Shown: positions 9,263-17,571 of the stretch, piece by piece | Layout: each line of letters begins with the position of its first letter | How positions within the stretch are numbered: the stretch's first letter is position 1 | Assembly (NCBI GenBank): GCA_021802765.1 | Contig: JAJZRI010000001.1 | Span: 211,509 to 275,508, forward strand | Direction: 5' to 3' | DNA from: Candidatus Micrarchaeota archaeon | Lineage (GTDB): Archaea; Micrarchaeota; Micrarchaeia; Micrarchaeales; CABMGC01 | DNA: 64,000 bases | The notes under the pieces: model-generated | The model's database searches: none | Seen by the model: the letters and a program-made list of their open reading frames with translations, nothing else | Told to the model about the DNA's origin: nothing | Translations under genes and position numbers: made by a program

Positions 9263-10867
9263 ATGATTACAAATAACAAATCGGTTATTGGAAATGTTGA
9301 GCGCGAACTCAAGTCTGGATTTATCTCCGTAGGCGAGAACAGGCTTGGATGGCGCAGGAGGTACTTTGCAAGGTTCAGATTTGAGCCGCGAGGTTGGGCG
9401 AATCCTCACGTCGCCATAGTCGGCGGAAGCGGCGGCGGAAAATCGAATGCCTGCAAAAAGATAGTAGTGTCGCTCTGCGCACAGGGAGCAAGGGTTGCAA
9501 TACTCGACCCGCACGGCGAATATGTTGGCATTTCAGGGAACATCGGCGCGAAAGTGTACGACGCGTCAAGAAACGGCATAAACATCTTTGACCCTGACGG
9601 GATGACTGAAGGGGAGAAGGCGAGCGAAGTCACAGGCATGATGAAGAGGAACTTCAGGCTTGGTGAGGTCCAGGGATACACGCTTTACAAGTGCATAATG
9701 TATTCCTACAGGAAGCTTTCTGAGGAGGGCAAGGTGCCGAATATACACAACGTCCTCTTTGCGATAAAGGCATTCAAAAAGAACTCAAAGTCGGCTTCGG
9801 AGAAGACGGTACTGGAGTCCCTTGAGAGGAGGCTTGCGCTAGTTGCAAGCGGCGCATTCGAGAAGAGTGCCAACATGTCAGAGGTGATGTCGGGCAACAG
9901 CATCTTCATGCTCTCAAGGCTGCACACCCCGGAGGCGCAGAGCATATACATAGAGGGATTCCTCAGAAAGATCTACTCCAGGATGCTCTTGCTCGAGAAA
10001 TCTGGAAAGCCGAATTTTTATGTGGTGATAGACGAGGCAGAGAAAGTCGGCGACAATCCAATAATAGGCAAGATAGCTGCAGAAGGGAGGAAGTATGGAA
10101 TCGGGATAATAGCATTATCACAGAGGGCAAAGCTCATGGATAGAGACCTGAGGGCAAATGCCTCTGCGCTGATCTCCTTTGGCATAAAGGAGCCTGAGGA
10201 GCTCAATTACGTGTCCAATTTCATATCGGGGGGAAATGAAAACGGAAGATTCATAGAGATAAAGAGAGCATTGCGAAGCGTCGGACGGGGAACGGCGCTT
10301 GTTGTTGGTGCAGGAATGAGGAATCCAGTTATAGTGAGATTCGACAGGTTTGATGGCGGATTCGAGAGCGCTGAGTTTGTAGTGGCAGAGTCCGCCCGGG
10401 GAGGCATCCCGGCTTTGGAACTTGGTGCGCGGATTGGGAATATGGAAAAGAGCGGAATTATTGAAAGGATGGTAAACAGTGGCGCAATAAAATGCCATGA
10501 TATAGCGGCAGGCATATATCAGGGCAGATGGTACATATCTGACAGCCACAACAGCGCAGAGCATGACATATCAGTGAACATAATAAGCAAGCATCTGACG
10601 GCCTTGGGAGTGAAGAACAGGATATACAACAGCTCATACGGCCCTGACATAGTGGCATTCTATGGGGGCAGGAGGATTGCAATAGAGTATGAGACCGGAA
10701 GCAAGAGCATAGAGTCTTCTGCGCGGATGATTGAGAGCAGGTCTAGGGACTATTTCAAGACAATAGTAGTGACCAATGATGCCGTTTTAGGAAGATATGC
10801 TGGGATTGGCCATCCTATGAGCTTTTGTGAGTTCCCGGACAGATTATTTGGGGCGCTTGCAGCTTAG
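9263..10867 (+). CDS. HerA/VirB4-like (DUF87) ATPase with C-terminal PD-(D/E)XK-like domain
   Basis: NPHVAIVGGSGGGKS Walker A, LDPHGEY, VIDEAE Walker B, EGRKYG, SQR; C-terminal H...GPDIV...IAIEYETG. Confidence 0.8.
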   Translation: MITNNKSVIGNVERELKSGFISVGENRLGWRRRYFARFRFEPRGWANPHVAIVGGSGGGKSNACKKIVVSLCAQGARVAILDPHGEYVGISGNIGAKVYDASRNGINIFDPDGMTEGEKASEVTGMMKRNFRLGEVQGYTLYKCIMYSYRKLSEEGKVPNIHNVLFAIKAFKKNSKSASEKTVLESLERRLALVASGAFEKSANMSEVMSGNSIFMLSRLHTPEAQSIYIEGFLRKIYSRMLLLEKSGKPNFYVVIDEAEKVGDNPIIGKIAAEGRKYGIGIIALSQRAKLMDRDLRANASALISFGIKEPEELNYVSNFISGGNENGRFIEIKRALRSVGRGTALVVGAGMRNPVIVRFDRFDGGFESAEFVVAESARGGIPALELGARIGNMEKSGIIERMVNSGAIKCHDIAAGIYQGRWYISDSHNSAEHDISVNIISKHLTALGVKNRIYNSSYGPDIVAFYGGRRIAIEYETGSKSIESSARMIESRSRDYFKTIVVTNDAVLGRYAGIGHPMSFCEFPDRLFGALAA

Positions 10868-11373
10868 GGGGTTATCCTTATGCTGTCTCCTGCCCTAAGA
10901 CCGGTCCTGTTGGCAAAACCTGACGAGGCTTCGATCACGTAATTGGCGATGCGGCCTTGCGAGTAATTGTTGTATATCGTGCAGTTGGCCTGCGCGGCGC
11001 TGTAGTGTGAACAGGGGATTGCATATGCTATGTACGTGACATTTGAGCCGTTGACCCAGATTATGTCAAGAGGGTAGTATGTGTCCTTCATCCAGAATGG
11101 ATACACTCCGGGAGTGTTGAAGTCAAAGAGCTCGAAGGTGTTGCTGCCAACGGTCTTGTTCATCAGCCCCGATTCCCATGCCGAGAGGTTGGATGCTACA
11201 TAGGTGAAGGCGTAGGTTTGATTTTTGAATACAAAATTTGGCTGTACGCTTGGAAGCTGCGCCTTTTCTGATGCCTGCTTGTTGGAGAGTATCAGGCCGA
11301 TGGAAATAGCGCCTACGAGTATTATGAATGCGAAATAGAATGCCGCCGAGTACATCATCTTCCTGTTTATCAT
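10864..11373 (-). CDS. DUF192 family membrane-anchored protein
   Basis: N-terminal TM, GLM, FWMKDTYYPLDIIW, YVIEA..G. Confidence 0.85.
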   Translation of the reverse strand: MINRKMMYSAAFYFAFIILVGAISIGLILSNKQASEKAQLPSVQPNFVFKNQTYAFTYVASNLSAWESGLMNKTVGSNTFELFDFNTPGVYPFWMKDTYYPLDIIWVNGSNVTYIAYAIPCSHYSAAQANCTIYNNYSQGRIANYVIEASSGFANRTGLRAGDSIRITP

Positions 11374-11449
11374 CCATGTCCCTTGCGCATATAGAATCTT
11401 GAAGAAATATTTTAAATACAGGCACCCCTCATTATTGCTTGTTGAGTTC

Positions 11450-12013
11450 ATGGCAGTCAGAAAAGCTAGAGAAGATGTTCATGCAAAGGTCAGCAAGGGC
11501 AGCCTGGGTGAGAGGGCGCTGGTAAGGCTTGGCGAGGTGCTAAAGGACATGAAGTACCTTACGCTCAACAGGGACACGCGGGAGTTCGAGATGGTTGATG
11601 TGACCCCCGACTTTGTCAGGTCTCTTGTGAAGCATCCTGGGATGGGATTTGTTGTTGAGAACAACCTTGAGAATTACCTTATGGAGATGACAAAGTCCAC
11701 AATGATCAAGTTCCTAAACAAGATAAGGGAGAACAAGCCCGAAGGCTCAACCACTGAAAGAAGCGCGCTTGTATTCGATCTGCTCGAGAGGTATTCGGCA
11801 GGTATAAAGGGAGACGAGAGGCTGCTTGAGAACAACCAGTTCACGAAGGAATTTGTCAGTACCGGAGCTTTTAGGGATGTGTGGAACGATATAATAAGCG
11901 TAAGCCAGGTGCTCACTATGTCGTCGCTTAATGATATGGTCGCATTCATGACCAAGAATGGAGACCTAGACGAGCAAGTGATAAAGAGCGGACTTCCAAG
12001 GCTAAGGAAATAG
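11450..12013 (+). CDS. Hypothetical protein
   Basis: ORF from MAVRK with host-like codon usage. Confidence 0.6.
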   Translation: MAVRKAREDVHAKVSKGSLGERALVRLGEVLKDMKYLTLNRDTREFEMVDVTPDFVRSLVKHPGMGFVVENNLENYLMEMTKSTMIKFLNKIRENKPEGSTTERSALVFDLLERYSAGIKGDERLLENNQFTKEFVSTGAFRDVWNDIISVSQVLTMSSLNDMVAFMTKNGDLDEQVIKSGLPRLRK

Positions 12014-12015
12014 GG

Positions 12016-12945
12016 CTACCTGCCCCCATGCCTCCTGTTGCGCCAGTTGCCCTGATTCTTGTCAAAATTCCTAAAGCCCTGTCCATGCCGCGGCCTTTCG
12101 TTCTGCTGGCTCCTTGCCTGGAACCTGTTTTGTGAACCTGGCTTTGGAGGCCGGTTTGACTGCTTCTTGATTATCTCGTCGAGCTGCGCCTTGAGCTTGT
12201 CGGCTATGAAGTTCTTTGATATGCCATCTGCCCTTGCAGCTATGGCCAGTTTTGCGCCGTATGCCCTTGCTATCCTTCCTCTATCGAACCTTGCAGCGCC
12301 TCCGACCTGCTGGAGCTTGAATATCGAGCCATACTTTGGAGGCTTCGATCCGAACTTTATGTGCTTGAATAGCGCCTTCTCTGCCCCTAGGAGCTGTATC
12401 GTGCCGGCAGGCATGAGCGCGAGCTTATCAAGCGATCCGGCCTTGCCCAAAAGCTCGGCTGCGACCTTGTAGTCTATCAGATAAGTTATGTTTGGCATAA
12501 GGGCCTTTGTAGATGTCTCCAGGTACTTGTCAAGCGCATCTCCAGTCTCTGCTATGTGCAGCTCGAGCTCGGCCAGCGCCTTTAGTTGAAGGTACTCCTC
12601 TTGGGTGGGCTCCCTGCCTATGCTGTTCTCAGCCTGGGTTCTTACCTGCTCTGCGGCGCCTCCAAGCAGCGCTGCGAGCTGCGCGGAATCTGCTGCCTTC
12701 TTGTCCTTTCCGAATGCTATTATGAATTTGGCATAGGTGATCTGGTTTGTGAGCCTGAGCTCTGGGAAGAATATTCCGTACCACTCCTCGAGCTTCTCGT
12801 GGACGAGGTTCCTTGCCTTCTCAAGCTCGTTGAACGAGGCTATCGCCTGCGTTATCGAGTGCTCTGTGCCTGCATAGGCGCTGCCCACACTGGACTTGGC
12901 AAGATTAAGAAGCCGGTTTCTCTTCTCCTCAGCAGTCTCCTTCAA
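12016..12945 (-). CDS. nop5: Nop5/Nop56 family C/D-box RNP protein (N-terminally short)
   Basis: EWYGIFFPEL, PAGTIQLLGAEKALFKH, PPKYG, RGRIAR...IAARAD. Confidence 0.92.
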   Translation of the reverse strand: MKETAEEKRNRLLNLAKSSVGSAYAGTEHSITQAIASFNELEKARNLVHEKLEEWYGIFFPELRLTNQITYAKFIIAFGKDKKAADSAQLAALLGGAAEQVRTQAENSIGREPTQEEYLQLKALAELELHIAETGDALDKYLETSTKALMPNITYLIDYKVAAELLGKAGSLDKLALMPAGTIQLLGAEKALFKHIKFGSKPPKYGSIFKLQQVGGAARFDRGRIARAYGAKLAIAARADGISKNFIADKLKAQLDEIIKKQSNRPPKPGSQNRFQARSQQNERPRHGQGFRNFDKNQGNWRNRRHGGR

Positions 12946-13061
12946 GCATTCACCAAAGATAAAACTATTTAGATATGCAGTAAAGACATATAAAGATTCA
13001 ATTTGCCGCGCTTACGCTTGCAGAGTTATTGGCTGAAAGAGGATTAGAAAGTAAAAATGTG

Positions 13062-13083
13062 GGCGCGTGTTTTACCACGCGCC
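13062..13083 (-). terminator. GC-rich hairpin followed by a T-rich tract on the minus strand
   Basis: GGCGCGTG-6 nt-CACGCGCC perfect 8-bp stem; minus strand continues CACATTTTTACTTT. Confidence 0.5.
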
Positions 13084-13190
13084 AATTGGGATTGGGTATG
13101 TTGGGTCTGTTTTAGAAAAACAGCGTGATTCTGATGATTACACTATACTACGCCCTTTTATATAAAATCGATTAAGCCCTATCTAGCACT

Positions 13191-13257
13191 ATTCTAGACT
13201 GAAATTGCAAAATATTAAATATTATTGAACTTTTCATCCTAATTTTCAGTTTAGAAT
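13191..13257. promoter_or_regulatory. Imperfect inverted repeat (operator candidate) upstream of the Lrp-like regulator
   Basis: ATTCTAGACTGAAATT at 13191 versus AATTTTCAGTTTAGAAT at 13241 (reverse complement ATTCTAAACTGAAAATT) in an AT-rich intergenic region. Confidence 0.45.
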
Positions 13258-13356
13258 ATTTTATACCATATAAAACTGAATAATTTTACGAGTAATATTC
13301 TAATTCTATGGAAGTACCAATATCCTTTTATATATACCATTTTAAATATACCATAT

Positions 13357-14691
13357 ATGGAACTGCCGGCAAAAGTGCTTGAAGCCCTCAATGAACTGCG
13401 CAAGCGACACAGCCATTATGTCGATATAAAGATAATCAATGGGAGATGCTATGTCTACGAGTCAACAAGCAGTTGGGACAAGGAGAGGAAGAAGGTAAAG
13501 AAGACGGCCCGGTATCTTGGAAAGATAACACTTGACGGCATCTTCGTGCCTTCAGTACCCAGACAGCGAGGTCTTGAAGCCGCACTTGTGGAAGGACGGC
13601 CTGACGGATCTGGGGAGCAGAGACGAATATACAGGAAGAGCGTCGAACGCGTAGGGAAGTACGAGCAGGAGATACTTATGATGCTCAGCATGGACGGCAG
13701 GGCTACGGTCTCGGAGATTGCAAAGAAGATAGGTCTAAAGAACACAGCTACAGAATGGCACAGGAGAAACATAGAGGAGAAGTACGGGATAAGGTACATT
13801 GCAGAGATAGACATAGGCAAACTTGGATATCTTACATACATAATACTGATAAAATTCGAGAACAAAAGGCCCGGGATAAACGAGGCGCGCAGGGAGCTTG
13901 AGAAGGAAGTATCAGTGCAGCTTGCAATGATGACTTATGGCAAGTTCGACATAATAATGTACATGGTAATGTCACGTTATGATGATATCAAATCGCATCT
14001 CTTCAAGATGCGTGGTAGAATATTCCAGGATTTTGATTTAAAGCTGTATGTGGTTCCGTTCTATCTCGACTACAGTTTTGTCCCCCTGCGCGAAGAGTTC
14101 ATAGACACGCTTGAGGAGAGGGTCTGGAGCAGAAGTGCCGATCGGCCGCGCCCGCGCGAGGGAGACCTTCTTAGAAGGGAATACGCTGTTCTAAGGGCTC
14201 TTGGCAAGGATGGGCGCAGAGAGTTTACGAGCATAGATTCGGAGTATGGGTTGACGGCTGGGAGCGCAAGGCACACTTACCATTCGATGATGGGAGATGG
14301 AACGATAAAGCGCATAACGATATCCATGAGCAAGGTGCACATAAATTACATATCGGCAATATCGATAGAAAAAATCAATCATGTTAAGTTTGCGGAAGAC
14401 CGTCAGTACCTGATGCGCAGCATAGCAGAGGACATGGATGGATCGGTAATGAACAAGTACGCGCTGGTTGGGGACATAAAGATGCCGGAAGGGGTCTTCA
14501 TACTTATGCCGGTTGCCAACAACGAGGACATGATAGCCGTTGATGAACAGCTAAAGGAGATAGGCGGCACCGAGATAGACACGCAGATAATAACCAATGT
14601 CATTGTCGGATCGCTATGCTATCGCAAATTTGACAATAGTGAATCAAGCCAGTATAAGATATTAAAAACAGAATATGAGAACGAGATGTGA
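13357..14691 (+). CDS. Long Lrp/AsnC-like transcriptional regulator with transposase-like N-terminus and two HTH modules
   Basis: ILMMLSMDGRATVSEIAKKIG HTH, GKFDII RAM-like motif, second LRALGKDGR HTH; N-terminal YVYESTSSWDKERKKVKKTARYLGKI. Confidence 0.75.
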   Translation: MELPAKVLEALNELRKRHSHYVDIKIINGRCYVYESTSSWDKERKKVKKTARYLGKITLDGIFVPSVPRQRGLEAALVEGRPDGSGEQRRIYRKSVERVGKYEQEILMMLSMDGRATVSEIAKKIGLKNTATEWHRRNIEEKYGIRYIAEIDIGKLGYLTYIILIKFENKRPGINEARRELEKEVSVQLAMMTYGKFDIIMYMVMSRYDDIKSHLFKMRGRIFQDFDLKLYVVPFYLDYSFVPLREEFIDTLEERVWSRSADRPRPREGDLLRREYAVLRALGKDGRREFTSIDSEYGLTAGSARHTYHSMMGDGTIKRITISMSKVHINYISAISIEKINHVKFAEDRQYLMRSIAEDMDGSVMNKYALVGDIKMPEGVFILMPVANNEDMIAVDEQLKEIGGTEIDTQIITNVIVGSLCYRKFDNSESSQYKILKTEYENEM

Positions 14692-14845
14692 AGTGGGATT
14701 ATCCACCGTCTCCGCCTCCTCCGCCGCCCTTGCAATATTGCATATTATCGTTACCTTTAACCGTGTAATCTATTGCTAAGAAGCTTTAAAAGATTTTCCT
14801 ACGCACGATGTACACATAGACTCTTTTCAGGACGAGATTGATGGC

Positions 14846-16324
14846 ATGGATAATGAGAGTTCGGCGGAAGACATAGTAAAGAGACGGTCAATATTCTTCA
14901 GGTCTTTCGGAATATACACTGAAGTAGGCGGATTCTATGATTATGGCCCGATAGGTCTTAGGATAAAGAGGAATGTGGAATCCGCATGGCGCGCTCTGTT
15001 TCCAGAGGGGCTTGGACTTCTCGAGGTTGAGACGAGTATAGTGCTGCCTGAGATAGTGCTAAAGGCAAGCGGTCATCTCGCCACATTCACCGATCCGGTG
15101 GGCATATGCTCCACGTGCAAGACTGCGCACAGGCTGGACAAGACGCTCGAGGAGTATTATGAGAAGAAGGGAGATGCCGAAGGGATGGCGCAGGTCAAGA
15201 AGATGAAGCTTGATGAACTGGCATCAAAGATAAACGAGCTTGGAATAAAATGCAACAAGTGCGGAGGCGTCATAGGAAGCCCTGAGAACTTCAATCTCAT
15301 GTTCAAGACCCAGATGGGTCAGAAGAGCACAGATGTCGCATATCTCAGGCCGGAGACGGCGCAGGGGATATTCGTGGACTTCAAGGAGATATATAGGTCG
15401 CACGGGCTAAAGCTTCCGTGCGGAATAAGCCAGGTAGGAAAGGTCTTCAGGAACGAAATATCGCCAAGGCAGCAGCTTGTAAGGGTGCGCGAGTTTACGC
15501 AGATGGAGACGGAGATATTCATAGACAAGGACGCTAAGTTCGAGGGATTCGGTGGCGTGGATATGAGAAGAGTGGAGGCTGAAAAACTTCCATTCATTAA
15601 GCGCGGAACGAATAACGAGGTAGAGCTGAGCATAAAGGAGCTTCTTGCAGACGGCGCGATACCTAATGAATACTTTGCGATAATGCTTTACAAGGAGAAG
15701 GAGCTTATAGAACTGTTGGGGATAGAGAAAGGAAGATACAGGTTCAGGCAGTTAGAGAAGGAAGAGCTGCCCCATTACTCAATGGGAAATGTTGATCTAG
15801 AAGTCAAGACCTCTTATGGATACATTGAGGTATCTGGAAATGCCCACCGGAGCGACTATGACCTATCATCGCATGCAAAGATGTCAGGGAAGGATTTGAC
15901 AGTCATAAGCAACGAAAAGAAGGTGCTTCCACATGTGATAGAGGCAAGTATAGGGGTTGACAGGCTACTCTTCTCCGTAATTGACGGCGCAGCAAAGGAT
16001 GATGGGCGCGGATGGAAGGTGCTTGCGCTCAAGAAGGCAGCGGCACCGTACCTGTGCGCAGTATTTCCATTACAGAAAGATGACAAACTTATTGAGAAGG
16101 CAAAGGAGATAGAGGGTATGCTTGTGGCAAATAAGATTCCGGCATTCTATTCCGATTCAGGAAGCATCGGCAAAAGATATGCAAAGGCTGACGAAATAGG
16201 CGTGCCAAGCGCCATCACAATAGACTTCGAGACGCTAAATGATGGCATGGTAACGATAAGGGACAGGGACACTTCAAAGCAGGTTAGGAAGAAGATAGAG
16301 GAGATATTCGAACTGGTGGTCTGA
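14846..16324 (+). CDS. glyS: Glycyl-tRNA synthetase (alpha2 type)
   Basis: GFYDYGP, ASGH, YLRPETAQGIF, FRNEISPR, REFTQME, SIGKRY..DEIG. Confidence 0.97.
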   Translation: MDNESSAEDIVKRRSIFFRSFGIYTEVGGFYDYGPIGLRIKRNVESAWRALFPEGLGLLEVETSIVLPEIVLKASGHLATFTDPVGICSTCKTAHRLDKTLEEYYEKKGDAEGMAQVKKMKLDELASKINELGIKCNKCGGVIGSPENFNLMFKTQMGQKSTDVAYLRPETAQGIFVDFKEIYRSHGLKLPCGISQVGKVFRNEISPRQQLVRVREFTQMETEIFIDKDAKFEGFGGVDMRRVEAEKLPFIKRGTNNEVELSIKELLADGAIPNEYFAIMLYKEKELIELLGIEKGRYRFRQLEKEELPHYSMGNVDLEVKTSYGYIEVSGNAHRSDYDLSSHAKMSGKDLTVISNEKKVLPHVIEASIGVDRLLFSVIDGAAKDDGRGWKVLALKKAAAPYLCAVFPLQKDDKLIEKAKEIEGMLVANKIPAFYSDSGSIGKRYAKADEIGVPSAITIDFETLNDGMVTIRDRDTSKQVRKKIEEIFELVV

Positions 16325-16638
16325 TGGAGCAGAAACTTGGAATAAAGATATCCGAGCTCGAGGACGACATGGTAGTTGAGATGGATATAGGCGGCCAGAA
16401 TCTTGCCGTTGTGAAGCATGAGGGACGGCTTCGCGTCCTGCAAGGCAGGTGCACACATGAAGGAGGTGCACTTGGGAAGGGCCGTGTAGAGGGTGAGGAG
16501 CTAATATGTCCCTTGCATGCCGGCGCATTCGACCTTGAGACCGGCGCGGCGAGCAAGAACACGCCGTGGGTAACTGATATAAAGATCTACAGGACGCGCG
16601 TTGACAATGTAACCGGAGACATTTACGTTGAGGTTTAA
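16324..16638 (+). CDS. Rieske [2Fe-2S] ferredoxin
   Basis: CTH...CPLH..FDL.TG; TGATG overlap with glyS. Confidence 0.9.
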   Translation: MEQKLGIKISELEDDMVVEMDIGGQNLAVVKHEGRLRVLQGRCTHEGGALGKGRVEGEELICPLHAGAFDLETGAASKNTPWVTDIKIYRTRVDNVTGDIYVEV

Positions 16639-16640
16639 TC

Positions 16641-17018
16641 ATGATAAAAAATCAGAAGCTACTAAAAGAGATGGCTCAGGAGAGGATAGGCAGACTACTG
16701 TCAATGGCAAAGGCAAGAACATTAGAGCAGCGCAAAAGTGATGCACTCTCTAAGAGGTATGTCAACATTGCAAAAAATATTGTAAGCCATTACAAGATGC
16801 CGAAAGGCAAACAGATGAAGGCTGAGGTGTGCAGTTCGTGCGATTCTGTGCTAATACCTGGAATAAACTGCTCGGTTAGGCTTGCAAGCTCTTATGGATA
16901 CATAGTCTACAGGTGCAAATGCGGCGCTGAGAAGCATGTGATATATCGCGAGGCCGCATCAAAAGGATTTGGAAGTGGAACGGCATTCGATAGGGAAAGT
17001 AAGGCGCGAAAGTGCTGA
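16641..17018 (+). CDS. rnp4: Ribonuclease P protein component 4 (Rpp21)
   Basis: AQERI..L, RYV..A, CSSC..LIPG, CKCG. Confidence 0.85.
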   Translation: MIKNQKLLKEMAQERIGRLLSMAKARTLEQRKSDALSKRYVNIAKNIVSHYKMPKGKQMKAEVCSSCDSVLIPGINCSVRLASSYGYIVYRCKCGAEKHVIYREAASKGFGSGTAFDRESKARKC

Positions 17019-17540
17019 CTACTTTGCTCCCAGCTTCCTAAGTAGGAGGTCTATGAATACCAATGTCTTGTCATTGTTTCCCAATGTAAGTATGTCCTTA
17101 TCAAATTCCGGATCCTCCTTTGACTCTATGCCATGGTATAATGACACAAGCCTTCGCGTGTCTTCATCCTTGACCGGTGCTACCTTCACCCCAGATATTA
17201 TGTTGGCCCTAGCAATTATCTTAAGCGAATTGCCTATTCCTGCAATGAGTTTCTTGCGGGTGGAAAACATCTTGACCAGATCCAGAAGCTGCCTGAAATC
17301 ATAGAGCCTGTACTCGTCCACCCCTTTTCCGTCTACAAGTATGAGTGCATCGAACTCATCAGGACTTATCTTTGCCGCATTGAGCTCGACATTGTATACT
17401 GCGCCATGATATCCTACGAGCTCGCTCGTGGAGTAGCTTGTTAGGACGCTCTCTATACCCCATTTTTCAAGCATGATCCGCAGGCTTGAAACCGATTCGT
17501 CCTTAAAGTCCTTTGGAGGAACAAGTATCGCCGCTTTCAT
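17019..17540 (-). CDS. DJ-1/PfpI family protein (nucleophile Cys absent)
   Basis: DFKDE, DEFDALILV.G.G, IAGIGNS in place of IAAICHG. Confidence 0.75.
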   Translation of the reverse strand: MKAAILVPPKDFKDESVSSLRIMLEKWGIESVLTSYSTSELVGYHGAVYNVELNAAKISPDEFDALILVDGKGVDEYRLYDFRQLLDLVKMFSTRKKLIAGIGNSLKIIARANIISGVKVAPVKDEDTRRLVSLYHGIESKEDPEFDKDILTLGNNDKTLVFIDLLLRKLGAK

Positions 17541-17571
17541 GCTTGCCTATTGGTAGTCAAGAATTATAATA

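Noticed and set aside
13030-13140. C/D-box sRNA next to nop5
   Set aside because: CTGA and TGATGA occur but not in a valid C...D order and spacing.
14688-14768. Plus-strand polyproline micro-ORF as a glyS leader
   Set aside because: GTG start overlaps the regulator's stop, it has no Gly codons, and it is the reverse complement of the Gly-run ORF.
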